A stretch of DNA of 64,000 nucleotides from a bacterium (GCA_965207065.1 OZ242260.1:3904001-3968000), one strand, 5' to 3'. Counted from the first letter of the stretch, positions 22,765 through 33,715 are shown. The notes: generated by a model not told the origin, from the letters alone. Made by a program: numbers and translations.

Positions 22765-24567
22765 TTACTCCTTGCCCACATCCAAGACAGCCATAAATGC
22801 TTCTTGAGGCACTTCTACGGTCCCTATATTCTTCATGCGCTTTTTACCTTCTCGCTGCTTTTCCAATAATTTTCGTTTTCGCGTGATATCACCACCATAG
22901 CATTTCGCAGTCACATCTTTTCTCAGTGCTCTAATTGTCTCCCGCGCAATCACCCGGTTCCCAACAGCGGCTTGGATGATAACTTCAAACATTTGTCTCG
23001 GGATGATTTCTTTCATTTTTTGCACCAGCGCCCTGCCATGATAGTAGGCTTTCTCCTTATGAATGATCGTTGAAAATGGGTCTATCGGCTGTCCGTTGAG
23101 CAGGACATCCAGCTTTACCACTTCCGCCGAACGGTAATCCAGGTGCTCATAATCAAAACTCGCGTATCCGCGAGAAACTGATTTTAATTTGTCGTAAAAA
23201 TCAAAGAGAATTTCACTGAATGGTAGTTCGTAGACGATTTGCACTGTCGTCGTATCGATATATTCCATAGAGCGCTGTATGCCACGTTTCTCCTGGGCCA
23301 ATTTAAGAACGGCGCCCACATATTCCGAGGGTGCAAGAATAGTGCCCAAGATGAAAGGTTCCTCGATCGACTCAATCCTCGATAGTTCGGGCAACTTCGC
23401 CGGGCTATCGATTTCTTCCACTGTAGCGTCACTGAGCAGAACGCGAAAAATCACTGTCGGGGCTGTGATGATGAGCGTCAGATCATATTCACGCTCCAGC
23501 CTCTCACGAATAATTTCCATATGAAGAAGACCTAAAAACCCACACCTGAAACCAAACCCCAGAGCAACCGAAGTCTCAGGCTCATAGGTAAAGGCCGAAT
23601 CGTTCAGCCTGAGTTTCTCGAGCGCTGTCCTTAAGTCTTCATACTCGGCACTGTCCGCCGCATATAAGCCGCTATATACCATCGCTTTCGGTTCCTGGAA
23701 GCCTTGAATGGCCTCACTCGCAGGCTTTTTTGCAAGCGTAATGGTGTCACCTACACGGGTATCACTCACTTCGCGTATTGAAGCAGACAAAATACCAACA
23801 TCGCCTGGCCCAAGTTCTTTCATTTTCACTTCATGAGGCGTATATGTACTTAAACTTAGAACTTGATATTCCTTGCCAGTCGACATGAACCGGACGATAT
23901 CGCCCTTGCGAATAGTTCCCTCAAACATCCGGAAGAGTGGAATGGCTCCCTGGTAGGAATCATACCAAGAATCGATCACAAGTCCTTGAGTGGAACCTTG
24001 AGGCTCTCCACTAGGAGGAGGAATTCGCTCAACAATAGCTTCAAGTAGCAAATCCACACCTTCTCCTTGTTTCGCGCTCACCAGTAAGCATTCATCCCCA
24101 TCAATTCCGATGATATCCTCCACTTGCTTCATCACACGTTCAGGGTCCGCCGCTGGCAAATCGATTTTGTTGATCACTGGGATAATGGCTAAATCCTGCT
24201 CTAAAGCAAGGTATGCATTCGCCATCGTTTGCGCCTGGATACCTTGCGTAGCATCGACAAGCAGCAAAGCGCCCTCACAAGCCTGAAGGCTTCTGGAAAC
24301 TTCATAGCTGAAATCCACATGACCGGGCGTATCAATGAGGTTAAAGACATATTCTTGGCCACGAGCCGATTTATAGAGTATCCGAACTGTCGCCGCTTTG
24401 ATTGTAATGCCTCGCTCCTGCTCCAAGTCCATGGAATCCAAGACCTGTGAAGACATCTCACGCTTCGAAAGCGCCCCGGTCATTTCCAAAATGCGATCCG
24501 CCAGGGTTGATTTCCCATGGTCTATATGAGCGATAATTGAAAAGTTTCTGATTCGATCGATTTTCAC
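22765..24567 (-). CDS. lepA: Translation elongation factor 4
   Basis: Probable GTG start 24567 ([23 protein letters not shown]), [18 protein letters not shown]. Confidence 0.97.
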   Translation of the reverse strand: MKIDRIRNFSIIAHIDHGKSTLADRILEMTGALSKREMSSQVLDSMDLEQERGITIKAATVRILYKSARGQEYVFNLIDTPGHVDFSYEVSRSLQACEGALLLVDATQGIQAQTMANAYLALEQDLAIIPVINKIDLPAADPERVMKQVEDIIGIDGDECLLVSAKQGEGVDLLLEAIVERIPPPSGEPQGSTQGLVIDSWYDSYQGAIPLFRMFEGTIRKGDIVRFMSTGKEYQVLSLSTYTPHEVKMKELGPGDVGILSASIREVSDTRVGDTITLAKKPASEAIQGFQEPKAMVYSGLYAADSAEYEDLRTALEKLRLNDSAFTYEPETSVALGFGFRCGFLGLLHMEIIRERLEREYDLTLIITAPTVIFRVLLSDATVEEIDSPAKLPELSRIESIEEPFILGTILAPSEYVGAVLKLAQEKRGIQRSMEYIDTTTVQIVYELPFSEILFDFYDKLKSVSRGYASFDYEHLDYRSAEVVKLDVLLNGQPIDPFSTIIHKEKAYYHGRALVQKMKEIIPRQMFEVIIQAAVGNRVIARETIRALRKDVTAKCYGGDITRKRKLLEKQREGKKRMKNIGTVEVPQEAFMAVLDVGKE

Positions 24568-24783
24568 AGCCTGAAGAAATCTCTCTGGGAAGGCGAATGG
24601 CGCGAATGCCGGAACCGCGTGAGTCTGCTTGAAAATCTTATAGCTATTCTTCGAATCCCGAGCATCTAACAAAACTGCACTAGATAAACCTGCTAATTTC
24701 AAAGGTGATCAAGCGAACATGCTATATCAAACTTGTCCAACCTAGGTCAATTGATTGCTCCTGGAAATACACGATGCTAACAT

Positions 24784-26259
24784 ATGAAAAGTGCGGTGTT
24801 TCAGCCGTTTATGCGTATTTCGGACCCATACATTAGGGTATATTTAGCTATGCGCTGCCGGAGACTACATGTTTCTAGCCACATCTCTATTCTGTTGTTC
24901 TGCTTGTTTTGCACCTCACCAGTGTCGGCGGCAACGTCTCATCCATTTGGCAGTCGCCTCATAATCAATGCGGCTAAAAAGTTACAACCTTCTGTCGTAC
25001 ATATTCGTGTAAAACCCAAAGGCATCGAAGGAAATCCGTTACTCAACCTCTTCGGTAGGGGTCGTCAAAAAGACAACCCTCCAAAATTTGATCAGGGGAA
25101 TGTGCCCTTTAGCGGCCACTACAATGTGGGCTCGGGAATCATTGTCTCAAAAGAAGGTCATATCTTAACGAACAACCACGTTATCAAGAACGCGCAAGAA
25201 ATTATGGTCAAACTCCATAAGGGGGAGGAATTCTCGGCCCGTTTGCTTGGCGTGGACGATAAAACAGATCTTGCCTTACTGAAAATTAAACCGACTCAAA
25301 AACTCCAAAAAGCATCTCTCGGAGATTCAGATAAATTAGATGTCGGGCAGTGGGTTATAGCGATTGGCAGCCCTTTCGGCTTGGCGAATTCCTTATCTGT
25401 GGGAATAATCAGCGCCAAGAGCCGGGACTTGAAAGAAGGGCCTTTTGATGAATATCTTCAAACCGACGCATCGATCAACCCCGGTAACTCCGGTGGCCCG
25501 CTCGCAAATACAGAGGGCGTCGTAATCGGCGTCAACACAGTGATATTTTCTAGTGGGTCACGCGCATGGAGTTTGGGAATCGGTTTCGCTATACCGATCA
25601 ACCAGGCCAAAGCAGTTATCGATTCTCTTCGCCATAAAGGGTATCCAGTACGGGGTCGCTTGGGTGCAGCCATATCTGCAGTCCCCAGAAAAGAAGGAAA
25701 GAGCTTGGGCTTATCACGTTTCGAGGGCGCCAAACTCACACAAGTTACTCGTGGCGGCCCTGCTGAGCGTGCCGGCTTGCGTCGAGGAGATGTTGTCGTT
25801 GAATTCAACGGCAAATCTATCAGCACATGGCAGAGCCTTCCCCGCATAGTGGCTCGCACGAAACCAAAGTCCCTTGTTTTGGTAAAATATTATCGGGAAA
25901 AGAATCTCAAGAGTGTCTATATACGTATAGGAAGCCGGCCTGAAGCGCCCCACTCGAGAGAGACGACAAACCATACGGACATGGGAATGAAGGTGGAAGT
26001 GCTAAGCCCGCATCTCGCCCAGCGTTTCGGGTTGACCTATGAGGAGAATAAATTGGTGGTCTCCTCGATTCTCAGAGGCGGCAAAGCTGAGCTTAGTGGA
26101 ATCAGGCCCGGTGATGAAATCGTGGAGGCTGATCACAAACCTGTAAAAACAATTGAGGAATTGCAGTCGATCCTTGACAAATCACGCCTCGAAGGCTCTG
26201 TACTCTTCCTTCTGAAGAGAAAAGAAACTAACCTGTTTGCTGCTCTTCAAATTAAGTAA
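24784..26259 (+). CDS. DegP/HtrA (Do) serine protease with two PDZ domains
   Basis: GSGII, TNNHVI, DLALLKI, QTDASINPGNSGGPL; hydrophobic signal segment; exact start uncertain. Confidence 0.93.
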   Translation: MKSAVFQPFMRISDPYIRVYLAMRCRRLHVSSHISILLFCLFCTSPVSAATSHPFGSRLIINAAKKLQPSVVHIRVKPKGIEGNPLLNLFGRGRQKDNPPKFDQGNVPFSGHYNVGSGIIVSKEGHILTNNHVIKNAQEIMVKLHKGEEFSARLLGVDDKTDLALLKIKPTQKLQKASLGDSDKLDVGQWVIAIGSPFGLANSLSVGIISAKSRDLKEGPFDEYLQTDASINPGNSGGPLANTEGVVIGVNTVIFSSGSRAWSLGIGFAIPINQAKAVIDSLRHKGYPVRGRLGAAISAVPRKEGKSLGLSRFEGAKLTQVTRGGPAERAGLRRGDVVVEFNGKSISTWQSLPRIVARTKPKSLVLVKYYREKNLKSVYIRIGSRPEAPHSRETTNHTDMGMKVEVLSPHLAQRFGLTYEENKLVVSSILRGGKAELSGIRPGDEIVEADHKPVKTIEELQSILDKSRLEGSVLFLLKRKETNLFAALQIK

Positions 26260-26345
26260 CACCCGCACGAAAACCAAAATGATGCAATACTCTTCATCCC
26301 GAATATTCTTCGCCTGGCTCTCGAAATTCGATAGTAACGAGAATT

Positions 26346-27488
26346 TCATGAGCCCAACCATCGATCATATTGTTGGAGCGCGTAACGGTCAGTCATCCCA
26401 GCGACATAATCACAAACCATTCGATGCCGCCCGTCCACTTTCTCGAGTTTTCGTACATGTTCCGGAATTTTATTAGGATCAACGATGTATAACTGGAACA
26501 ATCCACTCAATGTTTTTCGAGCGCTTTTTTCTAATTTCATGACGCGCTCGTTTTTATACATCCTTGTCATCAAGAAACGTTTGAGCTCAATGTTCTTCTC
26601 GTTCATATCTTCACTGAAAACAACCAAATCATGCCCATTTACTCTGACATCCGTAATATCCCGTATCTTCCGAGTCTTAATGCGCTCGCAGGTGGACGTG
26701 ATGATATCTTGAACTTGTGAGTTGATAATTCGGCGAATGGTGTCGTGCTTACTCTCTCGCCAGGAAGAGCCGGGAAAAGATTTTTTCGAGCTTTTATAGT
26801 GTTCACGCCAAAGGAGCGTATCCTGCACTTCTTCCAAATCAAATAACCGGGATGACAGTCCATCGTCTAAATCATGATTGTTATACGCAATCTCATCCGC
26901 GACATCGACCACCTGAGCTTCGAAGCTGGGAGAGACAGTATTCGTCAGACCGGGAGGCATCGGGCCTTGGTATCGATGAAGATACTTTATGATCCCCTCG
27001 CGCGTTTCCCATGTCAGGTTCAAACCCGGAAACGATGGATAGCGCTTTTCCAAAACTTCTACGATCCGCAGGGCTTGTATATTATGTTCAAACCCACCGT
27101 GATCTTTCATCAGTTCATCTAAAACCTTTTCTCCGGCATGACCAAATGGCGGGTGGCCTAAATCGTGTGCAAGGGCAACAGCCTCGGCGAGCTCTTCATT
27201 CAAGCCCAGCGCACGTGCGATGGAGCGGGCGATCTGGCTCACCTCTATGGTGTGCGTCAAACGCGTCCGATAATGATCCCCCTCATGATTCACAAAAACC
27301 TGGGTTTTGTATTCAAGTCTCCTGAACGCCTGCGTATGGATGATTCGGTCCCGATCACGCTGAAATGCTGTCCTCATGTCGTGCTCAGGTTCTTGGTACT
27401 CGCGTCCGAGACTATCGGCGCTATGTGCGGCGTAGGGGGCCAGCAGGTGTTTTTCCCGCTCCTCGATGGAAACTCGAGTGATGTTCAT
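26346..27488 (-). CDS. dgt: dGTP triphosphohydrolase-like HD protein
   Basis: FQRDRDRI, RTRLTH, HDLGHPPFGHAGE, DEIAY, DYVAGMTD. Confidence 0.93.
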   Translation of the reverse strand: MNITRVSIEEREKHLLAPYAAHSADSLGREYQEPEHDMRTAFQRDRDRIIHTQAFRRLEYKTQVFVNHEGDHYRTRLTHTIEVSQIARSIARALGLNEELAEAVALAHDLGHPPFGHAGEKVLDELMKDHGGFEHNIQALRIVEVLEKRYPSFPGLNLTWETREGIIKYLHRYQGPMPPGLTNTVSPSFEAQVVDVADEIAYNNHDLDDGLSSRLFDLEEVQDTLLWREHYKSSKKSFPGSSWRESKHDTIRRIINSQVQDIITSTCERIKTRKIRDITDVRVNGHDLVVFSEDMNEKNIELKRFLMTRMYKNERVMKLEKSARKTLSGLFQLYIVDPNKIPEHVRKLEKVDGRHRMVCDYVAGMTDRYALQQYDRWLGS

Positions 27489-27511
27489 AACCGTACCTAG
27501 CTCTTAAATAA

Positions 27512-28447
27512 TCAGCTTGCTTCAACAGCGGGAGGGACACCCGCGCGCCATGCAGCGAATAAATAAGTCGTTGCCAGAGAAGCCCATGGATGCCACTTAT
27601 CAGCTTGCATGCGTGCCTTATTCTCGTCCACACGCTCTTCTCCGAAACAAAAATGCGCAACGACTTTCTGCACTCCCAAATCACCTCCAGGAAATACTTC
27701 TACGCGGCCAAGCGCCCGGAACAACATTTGCTCGGCTGTCCAGCGACCCACGCCCCGTATCTCGGTCAAGCGAGCTACTGCTTCGTCTATCGGGAGAATA
27801 CGCAGTTCCCTCTCATTCAAGCGACCCTCCAGGGCTGCGCGCGCCACGTCAATCACATATTCGGCTTTTCGTTCCGAGAATTGCATCGAGCGAAAAGTGG
27901 AAACACGAGCTCTGACCAAACGCTCCGGACGCGGGAATGCATAATGCGTCTTCCCATCGACTCGCAACTTTCTCCCCCATCGCTTCACCATACGTCCACG
28001 AATGGCGCCGGCGAACGTTAAATTCACCTGCTGCGCCGTAATCGCTGTTACAAGAGCCTCGAACACGCTCAGGTATCGTATTGGTTTGAGCCCCCTGAAT
28101 TTTTTCGCAATCGGAGCCAAGTACGCATCGTCTTTCGCCATTCTGTAAAACGGCCTCAAATCAAGATCAAAAGCCAAAATATGCTTGATTGCATCCATAC
28201 CTGCACTTTGGGCCGATTTCGTCATCCGCCCTTCTGTGGTCATTCGAAGTCGAATCGAGTCCGGGCCTTCGCCTTCCTTTTCGGCATCTAACAGAACCAA
28301 ATCACCATTCGCATCCTCCACAACCCTACGGTACACCCCGTCTGCGTAGGAGTTGACGAACTCCTCTTTGGAAACACGGAACCGCAACAAGCTCTCATGA
28401 TACAAAAATGGTTCCGGGGGATGTAGAATTTTGGTAACGGACCCCAT
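27512..28447 (-). CDS. alkA: DNA-3-methyladenine glycosylase II (AlkA family, HhH-GPD)
   Basis: FEALVTAITAQQV, IRGVGRWTAE, FPGGDLG, WHPWAS. Confidence 0.88.
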   Translation of the reverse strand: MGSVTKILHPPEPFLYHESLLRFRVSKEEFVNSYADGVYRRVVEDANGDLVLLDAEKEGEGPDSIRLRMTTEGRMTKSAQSAGMDAIKHILAFDLDLRPFYRMAKDDAYLAPIAKKFRGLKPIRYLSVFEALVTAITAQQVNLTFAGAIRGRMVKRWGRKLRVDGKTHYAFPRPERLVRARVSTFRSMQFSERKAEYVIDVARAALEGRLNERELRILPIDEAVARLTEIRGVGRWTAEQMLFRALGRVEVFPGGDLGVQKVVAHFCFGEERVDENKARMQADKWHPWASLATTYLFAAWRAGVPPAVEAS

Positions 28448-28448
28448 G

Positions 28449-29222
28449 CTATTCCACCATCCGTCTACTCACCAAAACACAGGCGACAATCAAGAACAAT
28501 AATGTAAAACCAAGCAGGAACGAAAAATGCCAGATAAAATTCTCAACGTACCCGTAAATAAACAAACCGCGTGAGATTCTTACCGCATGCGTGAGAGGGA
28601 GGGCCTCGGATAACCGTTCCACCCAAAGGGGAAGACCCTTGATGGGGAATAAGGTGCCCGCGAAGAAAAACATGGGCATGACGATAGCGGAAAAATAAAA
28701 ATTGAAAAACGAAAAACTATGAGCCAATGACGTCGCAATGAGTCCCAAGGCTGCAAACATCACCGCCTCGATAAACAGAATCGGGAGAATCGCAATTGCC
28801 CACAATGAGCCTACGAGACCAAACAAACTCAATATTACCAGCATCAATGACGAACCAATCAAGGCGCGACTCGCGCACCAGAGAAGATCGCCCAGCACGA
28901 TATCACCCACCGTGAGAGGAGCCATCAGCATGGATTCATATATATTTTGAATTCTCATTCTCGAATAAGCCCCGTATGTGGATTCATACGTGGCGTTCCA
29001 CATCGCGACGGAAACCATCAAGCCAGGGCCAATGAATTGCGCATAGGAAATACCGTCCAAATTCGGCACCAACCGACCGAGACCATATCCAAACGCCACC
29101 AGCCACAAAATGTGTTCACCCAGATTACCCGCCCATTCCGCCAAGTAAAAAGAGCGATAATACACCAAATGGCGAACCCAGACGCGAAAGGCGCGATGGC
29201 TGGGAGCCTGGGGAAAAAGCAT
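28449..29222 (-). CDS. ABC-2 transporter permease (NodJ-like)
   Basis: Six hydrophobic segments, YESTY, PMFFFAGTLFP, LPLTHAV; ATG 29222 overlaps the stop of the ATPase gene (TAATG). Confidence 0.85.
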   Translation of the reverse strand: MLFPQAPSHRAFRVWVRHLVYYRSFYLAEWAGNLGEHILWLVAFGYGLGRLVPNLDGISYAQFIGPGLMVSVAMWNATYESTYGAYSRMRIQNIYESMLMAPLTVGDIVLGDLLWCASRALIGSSLMLVILSLFGLVGSLWAIAILPILFIEAVMFAALGLIATSLAHSFSFFNFYFSAIVMPMFFFAGTLFPIKGLPLWVERLSEALPLTHAVRISRGLFIYGYVENFIWHFSFLLGFTLLFLIVACVLVSRRMVE

Positions 29223-30148
29223 TAATCCCGAAGTTCCCGGCCAGTCAGTCTTAGAAATAAATCCTCCAGGGTGGCGGGTCTTCTTAAAAAATCTTTCCGG
29301 CCGCAAGAAATCAGATGTTCCATCACGCCCATCCCATTGTGGCTATACAGGTACAATATATCGGCAACGACTTCGGTAGTTACGGATAAGCCTTGGAACG
29401 AGTCGAGCAATTCTGCAGAAGCACCACCCTTCAGTTCGTATACTTCATCGCCCACTTTTTCCTGCACCAGAGTTTGCGGTTCGCCTTCGAGAAGAAATCT
29501 TCCACCGTCCATGATGCCGATGCGATCACACATCTGGGCCGCCTCTTCCATGTAATGCGTAGTGAGGAGTATTGTCAGGCCCTGCGCCTTGAGTTCTCGG
29601 AGCCTCTGCCAGACTAGGTGCCTCGCCTGCGGGTCCAGACCAGTAGTGGGTTCATCCAGAATCAGGAATTTCGGTTCATGGATGAGCGCGCGCGCGATGT
29701 GAAGGCGCCGCTTCATCCCGCCGGACAGTGTCTTGATTTGTGAATCCCATTTTTCGCGAAGCTGCATGAAATCGAGCAGATGCTCGATGCGGGATAATGA
29801 CGCCTTTTTGGCGATGCCGAAAAATCCGGCATACACCCAAAGGTTTTCATAAACCGTTAGGTCGCGATCCAGGGTATCCTCTTGCGGCACGATGCCCATC
29901 TGCTCGCGAATGAGCCGACTCTGGGTTGCCACATCTCTACTTAAAACCCTCAAAGTACCTGCATCTGGTTCTACTGCCCCATGAAGCATTTTGATTGTCG
30001 TGGTCTTGCCGGCTCCGTTCGGGCCAAGAATTCCGAAACATTCCCCGGGTTTCACCTGAAGCGAGACACCATCGACGGCTTTGAGAGTCCCGAAGGATTT
30101 CTTGATGCCTTGGGCGTCTATTACAAGTCCATACAACGAACACTCCAC
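29222..30148 (-). CDS. ABC transporter ATP-binding protein (NodI-like)
   Basis: [50 protein letters not shown]. Confidence 0.9.
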   Translation of the reverse strand: MECSLYGLVIDAQGIKKSFGTLKAVDGVSLQVKPGECFGILGPNGAGKTTTIKMLHGAVEPDAGTLRVLSRDVATQSRLIREQMGIVPQEDTLDRDLTVYENLWVYAGFFGIAKKASLSRIEHLLDFMQLREKWDSQIKTLSGGMKRRLHIARALIHEPKFLILDEPTTGLDPQARHLVWQRLRELKAQGLTILLTTHYMEEAAQMCDRIGIMDGGRFLLEGEPQTLVQEKVGDEVYELKGGASAELLDSFQGLSVTTEVVADILYLYSHNGMGVMEHLISCGRKDFLRRPATLEDLFLRLTGRELRD

Positions 30149-30162
30149 CGATATGGCCGACT

Positions 30163-31413
30163 TTACAAACCGCGAAGGCGCTCGGCCTCCGCGATTCTTT
30201 CAATTGCAACTATGAAGGCAGCCGTGCGCAAAGACACTTGTTTTTCCTTTGCCAGTTCGTAGACTTCCGAGGTGGCGCGCGTCATGATTTTGCTCAACTC
30301 GCCGTTCACTCTTTCTTCATCCCAACCGAATTGCTGGATGTTCTGAACCCATTCAAAATATGAGACCGTCACGCCGCCGGAACTCGCTAAAACGTCTGGG
30401 ATCAGCAGCACGTTCCCACCGCCGACCAGAATGTTTTCACCCTCTTCGGTTACGGGCGCATTGGCCGCTTCGAGAATTACGCGGGCTTTTACATTCGCCG
30501 CATTGCGGGCATGGATGGCCCCGCCGAGAGCCGCTGGAATCAAAACGTCCACATCGAGCGCTAAAAGCTCTTCATTGGTGATTTCTTCGACTCCCCCAAG
30601 ACCCTCGAGCGTACCAGTTTCCTTTCGGTGCGCCCCGGCCGCTTCGATGTCGATTCCGTCGCCATTGAAATAGGCGCCCCTGCTGCCCGATATCGCCACT
30701 ACCTTCACTCCCAGATCCTTCATGAATCTGGCTGCGAAAGAGCCGACATTCCCGAATCCTTGTATCGCCGCCGTCATTGTTGCGGGGTCCCAGCCTTCTC
30801 TTTTCGCGATCTCCTCATACACCATCACGGCGCCCCGTCCCGTTGCCGCCTCCCTTCCCGGAGAACCGCCCATGGCCAAGGGCTTCCCGGTGACGCAAGC
30901 CGGCGCATACCCGTGCCGGCTGCTGTATTCATCGAAAATCCACGCCATCACCTGCGCATTCGTATTTACGTCCGGGGCGGGAACGTCGCGGTACGGCCCC
31001 AGAATATGGCCGATGCGCGCGATGAATTTTCTGGTCAGCCGCTCCAGCTCATACACGCTGAGTTCTTTCACGTTGACGGTGATGCCGCCTTTCCCACCGC
31101 CGAAGGGAATGTTGACCAAAGCCGTCTTCCAGGCCATCAGGGCGGAGAGTCCGCGCACCTCGTCCATGTCCACTTCATGGTGGTAGCGGATTCCGCCCTT
31201 GAAAGGGCCTCGAGCGCCACTGAACTGAACGCGGTAGCCCTGCCAAACGCCGAGTGTGCCGTCGTCCCTGCGGATGGGGAGTTCGACCTTCATTTCACGG
31301 AATGGAGTCTTGAGCAAAAACCGCATTTCATCGTCCAGGCCGATGATGTCCGCCGCTCGGTCGAATTGCGCGGCTGCGGTTTCGAATACGCTGACCCGCT
31401 GATCTTGGGACAT
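30163..31413 (-). CDS. gdhA: Glu/Leu/Phe/Val dehydrogenase (glutamate dehydrogenase)
   Basis: KGGIRY, GGGKGG, DVPAPDVNT, TGKP, QGFGNVG, SYFEWVQN. Confidence 0.92.
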   Translation of the reverse strand: MSQDQRVSVFETAAAQFDRAADIIGLDDEMRFLLKTPFREMKVELPIRRDDGTLGVWQGYRVQFSGARGPFKGGIRYHHEVDMDEVRGLSALMAWKTALVNIPFGGGKGGITVNVKELSVYELERLTRKFIARIGHILGPYRDVPAPDVNTNAQVMAWIFDEYSSRHGYAPACVTGKPLAMGGSPGREAATGRGAVMVYEEIAKREGWDPATMTAAIQGFGNVGSFAARFMKDLGVKVVAISGSRGAYFNGDGIDIEAAGAHRKETGTLEGLGGVEEITNEELLALDVDVLIPAALGGAIHARNAANVKARVILEAANAPVTEEGENILVGGGNVLLIPDVLASSGGVTVSYFEWVQNIQQFGWDEERVNGELSKIMTRATSEVYELAKEKQVSLRTAAFIVAIERIAEAERLRGL

Positions 31414-31494
31414 GATGTTCCCTCCCCTGGATATTATACTGAAAGGATAGAGCGCGAATCAGGCGGCGAGAGTGTAAAACTCAAACTGGAGGGA

Positions 31495-31731
31495 TCAGTG
31501 GCAGGAACACATGCCTCCGCAACCGCCCCCGCCTGCCGAGTATCCACTAAATGTCGAGGCCGACGCCGATGCAGCAGCGCCGGAAGTGGATTTGGCGAAC
31601 AAGGAAAGTTTCTTGTGAACCTTCTTCGAGCCGCATTCCGGGCATTCGACCCGGTCGGCGGCATCTGAGGAGGAAACGATGGTCTCGAAATCTTTTTCAC
31701 AGCTTCCGCAAAGGAATTCATACATTGGCAT
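31495..31731 (-). CDS. FmdB-family zinc-ribbon protein
   Basis: MPMYEFLCGSC...CPECGS, C-terminal CGGMCSCH. Confidence 0.88.
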   Translation of the reverse strand: MPMYEFLCGSCEKDFETIVSSSDAADRVECPECGSKKVHKKLSLFAKSTSGAAASASASTFSGYSAGGGGCGGMCSCH

Positions 31732-31754
31732 GTCTGTTCTGGCCTCCCGGAGTG

Positions 31755-32405
31755 TCAGCGCATTTCATTGGCGCGGCGCCAATCCGCCAAAAATTTCTCC
31801 AATCCGATATCCGTCAATGGATGCTTGAGCAACTGCGCGATCACCCCGAATGGGACCGTCGCGACGTCCGCCCCCATTTTCGCGGCCTCGAGCAGGTGGA
31901 TCGGCGTGCGTACGCTGGCCACCAGCACCTCGGTGGCGTAGTCGTAGTTCTCGAAAATCTGTACGATGTCGCTCACGACCTGCATGCCCGGGTTGGAGAT
32001 GTCGTCCAGCCGGCCCACGAAGGGACTCACGAACGATGCGCCCGCCTTGGCGGCCAGCATGGCCTGGGCGGGGCTGAAGATGAGCGTGACGTTCGTGTTG
32101 ATGTTCTCCTCGCGCATGGCCTTGACGGCGCGCAGACCCTCGACGCCCACCGGAACCTTCACCACCACGTTCTCATGAATCGCGGCCAGTTCGCGGCCTT
32201 CCTCGACCATTTCCTTCCATTCGGTGGCGATGACCTCCGCGCTCACCGGTCCGTCGACCACCTCGCATATCTCCTTGATTCTCATATGGTGGTCGGCGCC
32301 CTCTTTCGCGATGAGCGAGGGGTTCGTCGTCACGCCGTCCAGAATGCCCGTGGACGCCGCTTCGGTGATTTCCTCGAGGTTCGCCGTATCGATGAATATC
32401 TTCAT
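31755..32405 (-). CDS. tal: Transaldolase / fructose-6-phosphate aldolase (short type)
   Basis: [43 protein letters not shown]. Confidence 0.93.
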   Translation of the reverse strand: MKIFIDTANLEEITEAASTGILDGVTTNPSLIAKEGADHHMRIKEICEVVDGPVSAEVIATEWKEMVEEGRELAAIHENVVVKVPVGVEGLRAVKAMREENINTNVTLIFSPAQAMLAAKAGASFVSPFVGRLDDISNPGMQVVSDIVQIFENYDYATEVLVASVRTPIHLLEAAKMGADVATVPFGVIAQLLKHPLTDIGLEKFLADWRRANEMR

Positions 32406-32678
32406 TCATATCTCCTGCCGGACGTGTTCAATCCACCCTGCGGAGCCGCGCCCCGCTACTTCGAACATGACGCCACAGCGCCCAAATGTCAACATGTCGG
32501 GGGATGAGGACTTGCGGGAAAATGCGCCGAGGCGCGCTCAACTCACCGGATTTGCGGGCAAATGCGTCGGCTAAAAAAATTTCCTGGGCCTTTATCTGAG
32601 TGACCCGGACTCATATATTTCATAAAATCCTTGTTTTTCAACATCTTACAAGAGTTCTTCACGAGATGTATTTTCAGC

Positions 32679-32724
32679 AATTTATCGAATAACCCCGTGA
32701 ATTTATCGATATTTATCGAATTGT
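32679..32724. repeat. Right copy of the 46-bp inverted repeat (partner 20112-20157)
   Basis: AATTTATCGAATAACCCCGTGAATTTATCGATATTTATCGAATTGT; three ATTTATCGA units. Confidence 0.9.
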
Positions 32725-33099
32725 CCGGAATTTCCGGGCAGGGCCTGTGGAATGGCCGAACCATGAGATCAATCGCGCCTGATGAGCGGGCGTTTGCTTC
32801 CCGCGCCTTCCCGAAGAAGAACCGCGCGCCCCTGATGCTGACTTCACGTTTCATGCTCTCCCCTCCTCGAATCGACGGGAACGCTCTCTTCTCCCGTGCA
32901 AGCTTCTTCCGGTCCTCCCGCGTTCAGGAGCCGGCTCGCACCGCGAGCATACCGAAACCCGAAAAGTGCGCGACAGCCGCAAATGCGGGGAAATGCCGGT
33001 TCAGGGAGGAGCCTGGCCGGCCAGGAACGGACGAACCGGGCGCCCGCAACGAGGGGCGTTCCCATCCGGAAAGGAGGAGCTTCGCAAAGAACGGCGAAG

Positions 33100-33376
33100 C
33101 GACAGCTGCCGCTCTACGCCCATGCTTTTATGCCGGATGCGGATGATCTCCACGGCATTCGGTTGCATACGAAAACATCACGCGCGAGCCGGCCGCGACC
33201 TCGCGCCGCCCCGCCCGGACTCCCCGGCCGGCCATCGCCCCTTCGCACAGGGCCTCGCACGCAGCCCGGATATTCCGCGAATAAACCTCGGCTTGCGGCT
33301 CGAACCGATGCGTGACGGCATGCTCCCGGATGCTTTCCAGATCGGCCCGGGCCTGCCGGTTACAGCCTGTAGCCAC
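33100..33376 (-). pseudogene. Degenerate, frameshifted ParE/RelE-family toxin
   Basis: QARADLESI...QAEVYSRNIRAACEAL...GSRVMF, with the C-terminal VEIIRIRHKSM in another frame; directly downstream of parD. Left boundary approximate. Confidence 0.7.
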
Positions 33377-33385
33377 CCATCCCGT

Positions 33386-33622
33386 TCAGGAGGATTTCTT
33401 GTGTGCGATGAGCGCGTCGGAATCAGACGGCTTCGCCCGGCCGGAACCCTCTCCTTCGATGAACCCCTCGCGCAGGGCTTCTACCCTGACTTCGTGCTCT
33501 TCGAGCAGGCGCAGTCCGGCCCGCACCACGTCGCTGGCCGAATTGTATCGTCCCGATGCAACCTGCTCCTCGATGAAACCCGTAAAATGCTCTCCAAGCG
33601 AAACCGACGTATTGCGTGGCAT
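33386..33622 (-). CDS. parD: Type II TA antitoxin, ParD family (RHH)
   Basis: MPRNTSVSLGEHFTGFIEEQVASGRYNSASDVVRAGLRLLEE; AAGGAGG SD; upstream palindrome catata-tcggta-tatatg. Confidence 0.9.
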   Translation of the reverse strand: MPRNTSVSLGEHFTGFIEEQVASGRYNSASDVVRAGLRLLEEHEVRVEALREGFIEGEGSGRAKPSDSDALIAHKKSS

Positions 33623-33715
33623 GTGCATTCCTCCTTAATACTTATATTACCATATATCGGTATATATGCAACTGGCGCGATCACGATATCGCTCGCTTGT
33701 ATACGCCGGATAGGC

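Noticed and set aside
27065-27092. dif-like sequence: TGTATATTATGTT (27076-27088) equals the E. coli dif spacer plus most of the XerD arm, inside the low-GC trough
   Set aside because: The XerC arm does not match, and it lies within dgt codons FEHNIQ, which explain it. Worth revisiting only if GC skew places the terminus here.
32543-32854. Minus-strand ORF with a strong SD (MKREVSIRGARFFF...)
   Set aside because: No recognisable homology and it runs through the AT-rich 46-bp repeat; at most a gene remnant.
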